This document shows positions 41,968 through 52,447 of a stretch of 64,000 nt of DNA, piece by piece (position 1 is the first letter of the stretch; each line of letters starts with the position of its first letter). The notes beneath the pieces are model-generated. The model had not been told where the DNA came from. It made no database searches and saw only the letters and a program-made list of their open reading frames with translations. Position numbers and translations under genes: made by a program. Source of the stretch: an uncultured Propionibacteriaceae bacterium (GTDB lineage Bacteria > Actinomycetota > Actinomycetes > Propionibacteriales > Propionibacteriaceae); contig CAYOBI010000001.1 of assembly GCA_964402325.1 (NCBI GenBank), forward strand, positions 8,466 to 72,465. Direction: 5' to 3'.

Positions 41968-43016
41968 CAGGCACCCCGCAGCCGGCGGCGTACCGCAACC
42001 AGGGCCGCGCCGAAGATCAGCACGGCGAATCCGGCCAGGGCCAGCAGCGGCACCGCCAGCGCAGTGAACCCGGCGCCGTGCACGAAGGCGCCGCGCATCA
42101 CCGCCAGCACGTGGGTGAGTGGGATGGCGTACGCCACCGGGCGGACCACTGCGGGCATCGACTCGAGCGGGAAGATGTAGCCCGACAGCAGCATCGACGG
42201 CAGCAGCAGGAACAGCACCGTCTGCTGGGCCTGGTGCCGGGTCCGCGAGACCACCGAGATCAGCAGGCCGAGGCCGAGGGCGGTCAGCATGAACAGCAAC
42301 AGCCCGGCCACCACCGCCAGCGCCGCGACCGGGCCGCCGTTGAACGGCACCCGGAACCACGTCACGCCGACGACCGCCACGATGGTGGCCTGGGCCAGGG
42401 CGACCAGGGTGTACGGGACCACCTTGCCGACCAGGTACTCGGTGTGCGTGATCGGGGTGACGAACATCTGCTCCAGGGTGCCCGATTCCCGTTCCTTCAC
42501 CACCGCCTGGCTCATCACCACTGTGATCGAGATCATGCAGATGATCCCGATCAGCCCCGGCAGCATGCTGTTCAGGGCCCGGATCGAGGGGTTGTACTCG
42601 ACCCGGATCCGGGCGTCCAGACCGGGTGCGGCGGAGGTGTCGACGCCGTGCGCGACCAGGCTGCGGGCATTGACCTGCTGGACGATCTGCGTCGCGTAGC
42701 TGAGTGCCACGCCGGACGTCTGGCCGTCGGCCCCGTCGACGATGATGCCGATCGGGGCGGTCTCGCCACGGTCCAGGGCCGCCTGGGTGCCCTCCGGGAC
42801 GACGACGGCCACCGCGACGGACGCGCTGTCCATCAGCGGACGGACGTCGGCCTCGGTCGCCGGATGGGCGTCGACGGTGAAGTAGCCCGAGGCGGTGAAG
42901 GCGCCCTCGACCCGTCGGGAGGCGGCGCTGTGGTCGAGGTCGACGACGGCGGTGGGCAGGTGGTTGACGTCGGCAGCCACCACGTAGCCGAACATGATCA
43001 GCTGGAGCACGGGCAT
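41967..43016 (-). CDS. ABC-2-type transporter permease (YbhR/YhhJ-like), apparently N-terminally truncated
   Basis: ORF 41967..43016. It has the large extracytoplasmic domain after TM1 and 5 C-terminal TM segments typical of the family. About 22 N-terminal residues, including the first half of TM1, have no start codon upstream in frame. Confidence 0.65.
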   Translation of the reverse strand: MPVLQLIMFGYVVAADVNHLPTAVVDLDHSAASRRVEGAFTASGYFTVDAHPATEADVRPLMDSASVAVAVVVPEGTQAALDRGETAPIGIIVDGADGQTSGVALSYATQIVQQVNARSLVAHGVDTSAAPGLDARIRVEYNPSIRALNSMLPGLIGIICMISITVVMSQAVVKERESGTLEQMFVTPITHTEYLVGKVVPYTLVALAQATIVAVVGVTWFRVPFNGGPVAALAVVAGLLLFMLTALGLGLLISVVSRTRHQAQQTVLFLLLPSMLLSGYIFPLESMPAVVRPVAYAIPLTHVLAVMRGAFVHGAGFTALAVPLLALAGFAVLIFGAALVAVRRRLRGA

Positions 43017-43375
43017 GGCGAAGATGATCCGCAGCGCGCCAGTGCCAGGGAGGCCGTCAGGGCGCCGTCGTCGAGCCGGGCCACGGTGTCCCCCGCCGCC
43101 ACCCGGTCCCCGGCAGCGACGATCCGGACGATGCGCACCGGTGCGGCCGCGTCACTGCTGGTCGCGGCCGCCGAGCCGCTCGGCCCGGCCGAGGCGGTGG
43201 CGGAAGCTGACGGGATCGCCGGTGCGGTGGCCCGGATCGCCGGCACGGCGGGGGCGACGATGCTCACGTCGGCCACCTCGACGCTGCCGGCCAGGGTGGG
43301 CGGGGGCGACGAGCAGGCCGCCAGCAGGAGCACCAGTGCTCCCGCCAGCCCCGCGCGTTCGCCGGACCTGATCAC
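42998..43375 (-). pseudogene. 5' fragment of a HlyD-family membrane-fusion/adaptor lipoprotein gene
   Basis: In frame with ORF 42998..43450. GTG 43375 follows GAGGA and gives the signal/lipobox IRSGERAGLAGALVLLLAAC. Only the first lipoyl-like half follows (VRIVRIVAAGDRVAAGDTVARLDDGALTASLALAR) before the frame ends inside the permease start. Coiled-coil and beta-barrel parts are absent. Confidence 0.55.
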
Positions 43376-43448
43376 CAGACCAGAGTCCTCGCGGCCGTCC
43401 GCCTCCGCAAGGGAATCGCGGATTTCCCGGTCGCGGGACACTGGGGGC

Positions 43449-43934
43449 ATGACGACGCGAGATCGCGATGCCGCCGGGCGGCCGCTGAACGCCCGCCCGA
43501 GGGACGCTCTGGGGCGGCCCCTGGCGCGGGGGCTCGAGGACGTCGCGGAGCCGGTGCCGCAGCGGACCAGGACCCCCGGGGAGGCCCTGGACGCGGCGCA
43601 GGACTACCTCGACCGGGAGCTGCCGTTCCAGGCGCACGAGGTGCTGGAGGACCAGTGGAAGGCGTCCGCGGCCGCCGGTCGCGAGCTGTGGCAGGGACTC
43701 GCGCAGCTCGCCGTCGCCCTGACCCACCAGCGACGCGGCAACCTCCGCGGCGCGACCTCGGTGTCCACCCGAGCGGTGGAGCGGCTCGAGCCGTACCTGG
43801 GCTCCGACGCGTACGGCGTCGACGTCCCCGCCCTGGTCACCTGGGGCCGCGCGCTGGCGGCTGCCCCGGGCGGTGAGGTGCCGGTCCCGGTGCTGCGCCG
43901 TCGGGGTGCGATCAGCCCGCCGCCGGCGGGGTGA
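43449..43934 (+). CDS. DUF309-domain protein
   Basis: In frame with ORF 42078..43934 from MTTRDRD. DUF309 signature: DYLDRELPFQAHEVLEDQWK...LWQGLAQLAVALTH. Confidence 0.7.
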   Translation: MTTRDRDAAGRPLNARPRDALGRPLARGLEDVAEPVPQRTRTPGEALDAAQDYLDRELPFQAHEVLEDQWKASAAAGRELWQGLAQLAVALTHQRRGNLRGATSVSTRAVERLEPYLGSDAYGVDVPALVTWGRALAAAPGGEVPVPVLRRRGAISPPPAG

Positions 43935-44937
43935 TCTCCGACCCGTCCGGGTAGCGGGCGAACCGGCCGCGCCCCCGGGGCTGCACCGGGTCGTCCACCG
44001 GCAGTGTCCACCGGCCGAACCGGCCGGCCCGGTAGTCGGTGAAGGCCTCGATCAGTTCCTCCCGGGTGGTGGCGACGAAGGGACCTTGCTGCACCACCGG
44101 GGCCCCGATCGGACGGCCCTGGAGGACGAGGAAGCGCGCCCCCGCGGCGCCGGCGGTGACCGGGAGCGGCGCCCCGGCGTCGACCACGGCGCCCTCCGCG
44201 CGCAGGGTCCGGCCGTCCACGACCAGGTCCCCGTCGTACGCGTAGAGGGTGCGGACCACACCGGGGACGACCGCGGCCGGCAGGGCCAGCGCGGCCCCCG
44301 CCGGCATCGTCACGTGCCAGACCGCGACTCCGGCCTCGGGCCGGGCGGCCCAGGAGTGTGGCGGCGGGGTGAGCGGGCGGACCTCGCCGTACCCGCCGGC
44401 GACAACCTTCACCAGGGACGTCCGCCCGGCCTCGTCGGTCACCCGGACCACAGGCGTGTCCTCGGCCCAGAAGATCGCGAAGTGCGGGTCCGCAGCCTTG
44501 TCCTCGGGCGCCAGGTTGAGCCAGATCTGGAACAGGTGCAGCGGGTTGGGCGCGTCGTCGCGGACCAGGGGGAACATCTCGGCGTGGGCCACGCCGCGAC
44601 CGGCGGTGAGCCACTGGGTGTCGCCGGCGCCGTAGCGGGCCACGGCACCCTCCGAGTCGGTGTGGTCGACCAGTCCCTCCTCGACCACGGTGATGGTCTC
44701 GAAACCGCGGTGCGGGTGCTGCGGGAAGCCGGGGACGTTCGCGCCGTGGTACATACTCCAGCCGTCCTTGCCGGAGAAGTCCATCCCCGGTTCGCGACCC
44801 TCGCGGCCGGTCGAGGGCCGCATCGTCTCCCCGTCCGCGGCCGGGTAGGCGTCCAGGTGATGCGCGGTGAACAGGAACGGGTCCACGCCGGGCCACGGGC
44901 CCCGGGTGATCGAGAACGTCTGCGCGATGCGGTTCAT
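43912..44937 (-). CDS. pirin-family protein
   Basis: In frame with ORF 43912..45027 from MNRIAQTF. Cupin metal motif GFPQHPHRGFETITVV and AHAEMFP. The 3' end overlaps the DUF309 gene by 23 nt (convergent). Confidence 0.85.
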   Translation of the reverse strand: MNRIAQTFSITRGPWPGVDPFLFTAHHLDAYPAADGETMRPSTGREGREPGMDFSGKDGWSMYHGANVPGFPQHPHRGFETITVVEEGLVDHTDSEGAVARYGAGDTQWLTAGRGVAHAEMFPLVRDDAPNPLHLFQIWLNLAPEDKAADPHFAIFWAEDTPVVRVTDEAGRTSLVKVVAGGYGEVRPLTPPPHSWAARPEAGVAVWHVTMPAGAALALPAAVVPGVVRTLYAYDGDLVVDGRTLRAEGAVVDAGAPLPVTAGAAGARFLVLQGRPIGAPVVQQGPFVATTREELIEAFTDYRAGRFGRWTLPVDDPVQPRGRGRFARYPDGSEITPPAAG

Positions 44938-45023
44938 CAATACTCCTCCGGCGACTGGGGCTGACTCCCGGTGCAGCACCGTGGCGGGCCGGACTATTCC
45001 CGTCCGGCCCGCGTCGGATCCGC

Positions 45024-46079
45024 TCACGCGGCGGTGATCACCACCTTCAGCGCCTTGGTCCGGGCGGCGTTGCCGAAGGTGTCGTACGCCTCGTCGATCC
45101 GGTCGAACGTGTAGTGGTGGGTGGCCAGCCGGTCGACCGGCAACTTGCCCTCGGCGATCATCTTCAGCAGCATGCCGCCGGTCACGGTGTTGACCAGCCC
45201 CATCGAGATGCGGATGTTGTCGATCCAGCGGTCGTTGATCGGCAGCTGGACCGGCTTGCCGTGCACGCCGACGTTGGCGAGCGCGCCGCCGGGACGGACG
45301 ACCGCGAGGGCGTTGACGAACGTCTCGGTCAGGCCCACCGCCTCGATCGCCACGTCGACACCCAGGCCGTCCTCGGTGAGGGATTTCACCCGGTCCTCCC
45401 AGTCGGGGGCGGACGAGTTCACGGTGTGGGTGGCGCCGAACACGCTGCGGGCCTGCTCCAGCCGATTGTCGTCCAGGTCGACCGCGATCACCCGGGACGC
45501 ACCGTGCAGGCCGGCGGTCATGATCGCCGCCAGCCCCACCGGGCCCGTGCCGATCACCGCCACCACGTCGCCGGGCCTGACCCCGCCGTCACGGACGCCG
45601 ATCTCGTAGCCGGTGGGGACGATGTCGGAGACGAACAGGCCCTGCTCGTCGCTGACCCCTGCCGGCAGGTGGTAGAGGCTGGTGTCCGCGTACGGGATGC
45701 GGACGTACTCCGCCTGGGTGCCGTTGATCAGGTGGCCGAGGATCCAGCCGATCCCGCCGACGGCCTGGCAGTGGCTGGGGAGTCCCTTGCGGCAGTAGCT
45801 GCAGGTCCCGCAGCTGGTGATGCAGGAGATGATCACCCGGTCGCCGACCGCGAAATCGTGCACCGACCCGCCGACGGCGGTGATCGTGCCGACGCCCTCG
45901 TGGCCGAGGATCCGTCCGTCGGTGACGGCCTGCACGTCACCCTTCATGATGTGCAGGTCGGTGCCGCAGATCGTCGTCGTCTCGACCCTGACGATGCAGT
46001 CCGTCGGCTCCTGGACGGTCGGATCGGGTACGTCCTCCCAGGCCTTCACGCCTGGACCGTGATACACCAGTGCCTTCAT
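45024..46079 (-). CDS. zinc-dependent alcohol dehydrogenase (MDR family)
   Basis: In frame with ORF 45024..46136 from MKALVYHGPG. Catalytic Zn motifs: CGTDLH, GHEGVGTITAVG. Structural Zn motif: CGTCSYCRKGLPSHC. Rossmann motif: VIGTGPVGL. Confidence 0.9.
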   Translation of the reverse strand: MKALVYHGPGVKAWEDVPDPTVQEPTDCIVRVETTTICGTDLHIMKGDVQAVTDGRILGHEGVGTITAVGGSVHDFAVGDRVIISCITSCGTCSYCRKGLPSHCQAVGGIGWILGHLINGTQAEYVRIPYADTSLYHLPAGVSDEQGLFVSDIVPTGYEIGVRDGGVRPGDVVAVIGTGPVGLAAIMTAGLHGASRVIAVDLDDNRLEQARSVFGATHTVNSSAPDWEDRVKSLTEDGLGVDVAIEAVGLTETFVNALAVVRPGGALANVGVHGKPVQLPINDRWIDNIRISMGLVNTVTGGMLLKMIAEGKLPVDRLATHHYTFDRIDEAYDTFGNAARTKALKVVITAA

Positions 46080-46248
46080 CGTCCCCGCTCCCTTGCGAGT
46101 GTGATGCCGACGCCGAATCGTCGGCCCACCTCCCACTCTAGGACGCAGGATCGATACCCCGTGGGGTTTCCGGGCCGGTTCCGTGGCACCGGGTCACGAC
46201 CGAGGGGGCCGTCCCCTCACCCGGTTCTCAGGTGGGCCGGCTCCGGGG

Positions 46249-47946
<1,698 letters not shown>

Positions 47947-47997
47947 GGCCGTCAAACTACCATGTGCACCCTCCCGGCCCGGGACCGGCGAATCCGG

Positions 47998-49068
47998 CTA
48001 GCGGGCAGCCCGATCCGCCCGACGGCGCCGCAGCGGCGACGCCGATGGCGTACGCCGCGGATGGCCGTCGCGACCCGGCGGCTTCACCGGCGGGAGCGGG
48101 GTGCCCGGCGTGCGCCAGGTCGCCAGACCGGCCTCGACCAGCGTGGTGCAGATCGTGTCGACGGTGATCTCCCGGCCGGTGCGGCCGTCCGGGAGCGGGG
48201 TGCCGTTCGACAGGTAGCTGCCCCGGCCCAGGTGCTTGAGCGGGCCGAGGCTGCGGGTCGTCAACCGGCCCTCCGCCACGGCCCGGTTCCAGGAGCTCTG
48301 GTGGTTGATCGGCCACCGCCCCGGGAAGAGGCCGGCCGCGCCCTGCACCCAGTCCCGGCTGCCCTTGAAGTGCCACAGGTGGGTCAGCTTGTCCAGGCCG
48401 GGGTCGGAGTCCATGAACCCGCCGACCGACAGCAGGTGCACCGGCGCCCCGGTCGCGGCCAGGTACCAGCTCGCGCCCAGGGCGATCTGGGCCCCGCCGC
48501 TCCACGACAGCAGCACGATCGGCCGCTTGTCGGCCGGGTGGTAGCCGGCGTCGAGCAGTTCGTCCCAGATCACGTTCGCGATGCCCAGCGAGTAGAGCGG
48601 CCCGTAGCGCCGGTCCAGGGAGACGCCCACCTGGAGGGCGTTGCGGAAGTTGATGATGATTCGGGCCAGGGGTGCCATCGGCCCACCGTCGGTGTGTCGC
48701 TGCACGATCCGCCACCACCAGCTGCTCAGCCGCTCCTCCAGCAGGCCCTGGTTCGTCATCGAGTACGGGTAGATCTGGCTGACCAGGCCGATGCCGTCGA
48801 GGTTCTTCCGGACCGCGTCGAGCAGCGGCCGCTCCCCTGACAGGCTCGCCCGTGGCTCGAACGCACCCACCCCGGAGATGTAGACGACGTAGCTGGTGCG
48901 GGCGTCCCGGCCGCCCTTCTCGGCGGCGACCAGGTCGTGCACCCTCTCGGCCCGGCGCTCCGACTCGGCGCGGCTCTGGGTGGCCCACCAGCGCATCGAC
49001 TCGTTGGGGGCGAGCAGGGCGAAGAACAGCAGCACCAGCAGGACGGCCAGCAGGAGGTCGGCGATCAT
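47998..49068 (-). CDS. membrane-anchored protein with an alpha/beta-hydrolase-like Ser-Asp-His pattern, function unknown
   Basis: ORF 47998..49068. It has an N-terminal TM (IADLLLAVLLVLLFFALLA). VVYISGVG is followed by the nucleophile-elbow-like LLSWSGGAQIAL, then GGFMDSDPG and HLWHFKG. The start overlaps the upstream gene's stop (ATGA). Confidence 0.7.
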   Translation of the reverse strand: MIADLLLAVLLVLLFFALLAPNESMRWWATQSRAESERRAERVHDLVAAEKGGRDARTSYVVYISGVGAFEPRASLSGERPLLDAVRKNLDGIGLVSQIYPYSMTNQGLLEERLSSWWWRIVQRHTDGGPMAPLARIIINFRNALQVGVSLDRRYGPLYSLGIANVIWDELLDAGYHPADKRPIVLLSWSGGAQIALGASWYLAATGAPVHLLSVGGFMDSDPGLDKLTHLWHFKGSRDWVQGAAGLFPGRWPINHQSSWNRAVAEGRLTTRSLGPLKHLGRGSYLSNGTPLPDGRTGREITVDTICTTLVEAGLATWRTPGTPLPPVKPPGRDGHPRRTPSASPLRRRRADRAAR

Positions 49069-49772
49069 CGGCGCGCCCGCTGCCGGGTGCGATCGGGCTC
49101 GACCAACCAGGCGGCCCCGTCCAGATCGGCCTCACTGCCCTCGACGGCCGCCTGCTCCAGGACGTAGCGGGCGGAGTCGTACAGCGGCCGGCCGGTCGCC
49201 CGGCGCCACAGCAGGTCCCGCGCCCTCGCCAGCAGCGGGGTGTAGACCGCCGACAGCAGCCAGACGGCGAGGAAGGCCCCCAGGGCGATGGCGCCGCCGA
49301 TCAGCAGCGAGGTGGCATAGAGATCGTGGATGATGCTCCAGAGGATCAGCAGCGACCACACCGACAGCGCCCGGTCGATCGCCGTGCCCAGCACCGGCAT
49401 CGCGATCGCGAACCCGAGGACGAGGGGTGAGCACGCCCACAGCACCGCCCAGACGACCTCCACGGCCGGCACCCGGACGCTGGTCACCAGCGAGCCGATC
49501 ACCCAGACCAGGAGACCCAGCAGGGCGTACGTGAGCACCAGGGTGACGACGTTGAGCACCATCACGAAGGCCATCCCGCCGCGCCGCATCCGGTTGACGG
49601 CCAGCACGACCGAGCGTCCGACGAGGATCGAGGCGCAGGCGGTGACCGCCACCAGGATGGCGGCGGTGTGGCCGACGAGGCCGACCGAGGCCTGGGTCAC
49701 GTCGAGGCGGAGGGTGAGTGCGTCGAGCCAGCCCGCCGTCGCGCGGGAGATGATCGCGCCGAGCGTCTCCAT
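49065..49772 (-). CDS. polytopic membrane protein (5-6 TM), function unknown
   Basis: ORF 49065..49772. Hydrophobic helices run throughout, with a charged C-terminal tail. It is translationally coupled to the downstream hydrolase-like gene. Confidence 0.7.
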   Translation of the reverse strand: METLGAIISRATAGWLDALTLRLDVTQASVGLVGHTAAILVAVTACASILVGRSVVLAVNRMRRGGMAFVMVLNVVTLVLTYALLGLLVWVIGSLVTSVRVPAVEVVWAVLWACSPLVLGFAIAMPVLGTAIDRALSVWSLLILWSIIHDLYATSLLIGGAIALGAFLAVWLLSAVYTPLLARARDLLWRRATGRPLYDSARYVLEQAAVEGSEADLDGAAWLVEPDRTRQRARR

Positions 49773-49810
49773 GGCCGTCTCCCTTTCTCGCGGCGGTCAT
49801 CGGACACCGT

Positions 49811-49822
49811 GTGGTGCACCAC
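49811..49822. promoter_or_regulatory. perfect 12-bp palindrome GTGGTGCACCAC in a divergent intergenic region
   Basis: It lies between the membrane-protein start (49772) and the amidotransferase start (49934). Confidence 0.25.
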
Positions 49823-49933
49823 TGCATCGTAGTGACCCTGCGGTCAGGGGCGTGGACCGCTCCCGGATGACGACTGTGTGCCATTGGGCGGCGCCGACTG
49901 CCGTCACCTTGCCCGACGCGGCAGACTACCGGC

Positions 49934-50668
49934 ATGCGCCCCTTCCTCCTGCTGGCGACCCGTGCCGAGGATGCCATCGCCGACGACGAATACGCTGCCT
50001 TCCGGCGCCTCGGTGGGCTGGAGGAGGGTGGGCTGGTCCGGGTCCGGATCGATCGTGAGCCGCTCGGGGACTTCGACCCGGAGGCCTGGTCCGGGCTGGT
50101 GCTGGGCGGCAGTCCGTTCAACTCCTCCGATCCGGTGGAGAGCAAGTCGGCGCTCCAGCTGGAGGTCGAGGCGGAACTGGCCCGGGTGATGGACGTGGTG
50201 GTGGAGAACGACTTCCCCTTCCTCGGCGCCTGCTACGGCGTCGGCACGCTCGGCACCCACGAGGGCGCCGTGGTGGACCGTACGTACGGCGAACCGGTCG
50301 GGCCGGTGACCGTTGAGCTCACCCTGGCGGCTCGGCGGGACCCGGTCTGCGCCGGACTGCCCGCCCGGTTCGACGCGTTCGTGGGGCACAAGGAGGCGGT
50401 CCGCGAGCTGCCTCCGGGCGCGGTGCTGCTGGCCACCTCCGATCCCTGCCCGGTGCAGATGTTCCGGATCAAGCAGAACCTGTACGCCACCCAGTTCCAC
50501 CCCGAGCTCGACGCGGACGGCCTGACGCGAAGGATCGAGGAGTACAAGCACAACGGCTACTTCCACCCGCACGAGTCGGAGGGGCTGAAGGAGCTGGCGC
50601 GACGCTCCCCCGTCCCGCACGCCCGGCGGATCCTGCGCAACTTCTTCCGGCTCTACGGCCGGGACTGA
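49934..50668 (+). CDS. class I glutamine amidotransferase-like protein (GuaA-N/GATase1 family)
   Basis: ORF 49934..50668. Nucleophile elbow PFLGACYGVG, catalytic His-Glu ATQFHPE. Confidence 0.85.
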   Translation: MRPFLLLATRAEDAIADDEYAAFRRLGGLEEGGLVRVRIDREPLGDFDPEAWSGLVLGGSPFNSSDPVESKSALQLEVEAELARVMDVVVENDFPFLGACYGVGTLGTHEGAVVDRTYGEPVGPVTVELTLAARRDPVCAGLPARFDAFVGHKEAVRELPPGAVLLATSDPCPVQMFRIKQNLYATQFHPELDADGLTRRIEEYKHNGYFHPHESEGLKELARRSPVPHARRILRNFFRLYGRD

Positions 50669-50698
50669 GCCGCGGTCCCCGCAGCGCGGGGGCCTGGT

Positions 50699-51853
50699 TC
50701 AGCGGGAGCGGCGGTCGGTCCGGTCGAGGTAGGACTCCAGCCGGCCGGCGTAGGCCGACAGGTCCGGGCCGACGAACGTGCCCGGGGCGACGTCGCGCTG
50801 GACCAGTGCCCAGGCGGTGCCCCGCACCCTCGCCTCGGCCTGCTCCATCGACCGGACGGCCTCGACCAGGGCGCGGTGGGTCTCGTTCTCCTCGACCAAC
50901 ACCCGCCGGCCGTGCTGCAGCGCCTCCTGGGCGACGACGTCGCCGACGCTCGGCCAGTACGCCCGGCGCCAGCGCTCCCGCCGCGACGACGGACGGAACT
51001 CCCGTTCGAACCGGACCAGGCTGGCCGTGACGCTCTCCAGCGCATCGTCGCTGCGGGACACGAGTTGGGAGAGATAGGCCGGCGAGACCTGCTGGCCCAG
51101 TTCGTCCATCGCGTCGAGCAGCCGGCGGCTCTCCGGGCCGGTGGCCCGGCCGGGCAGGGCGGACGTCGCGACGCCGAGCGTGCCCATCAGGTCGCGGGCG
51201 ACCGATCCGAGCCGGGAACCGACGGCCCCGGCGATCGCCCCGGCGTCCACACCCCAGGAGGAGATCCCGGGCACGTGCCCGAGGAAGCGGTCGACGGCGG
51301 CTGAGGCGGCGCTGGCGAACTCGTCGGCCTGGCCGCGGGCGACCGTGTCCCCGCGGGCGGACGTCGCGGACCGGCCCGACGCCAGGGCGCCGGCGATCGC
51401 CGGATGCCCGGGCAGGGCGGTCGTGGACAGGGCCGTCAGCAGCCCCGCCGAGACCCCGGCCGCGAGCCGGGCGGGATCACCCTCGCGGGCCTGCTCCAGC
51501 CCCTGGGTCGCGGCGGAACGGGCCGCGCGGGCCACGTCCAGGGACACCTGGGTCTGGCGGGCCTCCTCCCGGTGTGCCGGCGGCAGCGCGGCCACCGTCT
51601 CCTGGATCGCCAGGATCGCCTCGTCGGGCGAGGTGATCGCGGGAGCGGCGATGGCCCGGACGTGCGGTGACTCGCTCAGCTCCCGGGCCCGCCAGAACAC
51701 CTCCGCCGGGGTGGTGGTCTGCTGCCCGATCGTCAGGGACCGGCGTGCCACCGCGGTCACCCGGGCCCGGTGGACGACGACGCCGAGCCACCCCACGGCG
51801 CCGACCACCAGCACGGCCGCCATCACGGCGAGGATGATCAGGGTGGTCTCCAC
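50699..51853 (-). CDS. hypothetical membrane-anchored, Ala-rich helical protein
   Basis: ORF 50699..51853. It has an N-terminal TM (TLIILAVMAAVLVVGAVGWLGVVV). About 350 aa of non-repetitive, balanced sequence follow. No family recognised. Confidence 0.6.
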   Translation of the reverse strand: METTLIILAVMAAVLVVGAVGWLGVVVHRARVTAVARRSLTIGQQTTTPAEVFWRARELSESPHVRAIAAPAITSPDEAILAIQETVAALPPAHREEARQTQVSLDVARAARSAATQGLEQAREGDPARLAAGVSAGLLTALSTTALPGHPAIAGALASGRSATSARGDTVARGQADEFASAASAAVDRFLGHVPGISSWGVDAGAIAGAVGSRLGSVARDLMGTLGVATSALPGRATGPESRRLLDAMDELGQQVSPAYLSQLVSRSDDALESVTASLVRFEREFRPSSRRERWRRAYWPSVGDVVAQEALQHGRRVLVEENETHRALVEAVRSMEQAEARVRGTAWALVQRDVAPGTFVGPDLSAYAGRLESYLDRTDRRSR

Positions 51854-51935
51854 AGGGTCCTCCGGTCCGGGCGACGGGTCGCGTACGTCTGAGCCCAGGG
51901 TAGGCGGTCACCGTTGCCGGCCCGCCGCCCCGGCC

Positions 51936-52328
51936 TCAGTCCTGCGGATCGATCCCGACCAGGTCGCAGACGAAGACCAGGGTCTCGCCGGGCCGGATGT
52001 CGGGACCCGCGCCCCGCTCGCCGTACGCCAGGAAGGACGGGATGACGAGGCGGCGGCGTCCGCCGACGCGCATCCCCTTGACCCCCATGTCCCACCCGCG
52101 GATCACCTGGCGGCCGCCGAGGGTGAAGGCGAGCGGCTCGCCGCGCTCCCAGGAAGAGTCGAACTCCCGGCCGGTGCCCAGCGCCACGCCGACGTAGTGC
52201 ACCCGGACGGTGTCCCCCTTGGTGGCGGTGACGCCCTCCCCCACCACGAGGTCCTTGATCTCCAGATTCACCGGCGGGCGACCCTGCGGGAGCTCGACCT
52301 CGGGCTTCACGTTCTGCGACTCAGTCAT
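51936..52328 (-). CDS. FKBP-type peptidyl-prolyl cis-trans isomerase
   Basis: ORF 51936..52328. Motifs: VHYVGV...GREFDSSWERGEPLAFTLGGRQVIRGWDMGVKGMRVGGRRRLVIP..LAYGERG. Confidence 0.9.
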   Translation of the reverse strand: MTESQNVKPEVELPQGRPPVNLEIKDLVVGEGVTATKGDTVRVHYVGVALGTGREFDSSWERGEPLAFTLGGRQVIRGWDMGVKGMRVGGRRRLVIPSFLAYGERGAGPDIRPGETLVFVCDLVGIDPQD

Positions 52329-52447
52329 GCCCCGACCCTACCGGCGGCCGCGCGACGGTCCCACCGGCGCCGGGCAGCGGGCGGCGCTCGACGCGCGGAG
52401 CGGCGTGGAAGACTGGGGTGGTCTTCCGCCGACAGGGACGAGGCCGC

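Noticed and set aside
42078-43448. The first ~457 codons of the 618-aa plus-strand ORF 42078..43934
   Set aside because: Only the last 161 codons (from ATG 43449) look like a real DUF309 protein. The upstream part is antisense to the ABC-2 permease and adaptor fragment and is His/Arg/Asp/Gly-rich.
43448-43451. Head-to-head overlapping start codons (CATG) of the adaptor-fragment ORF and the DUF309 gene
   Set aside because: The minus-strand ORF more plausibly starts at GTG 43375. That start has an upstream GAGGA and gives a proper lipoprotein signal peptide, which removes the overlap.
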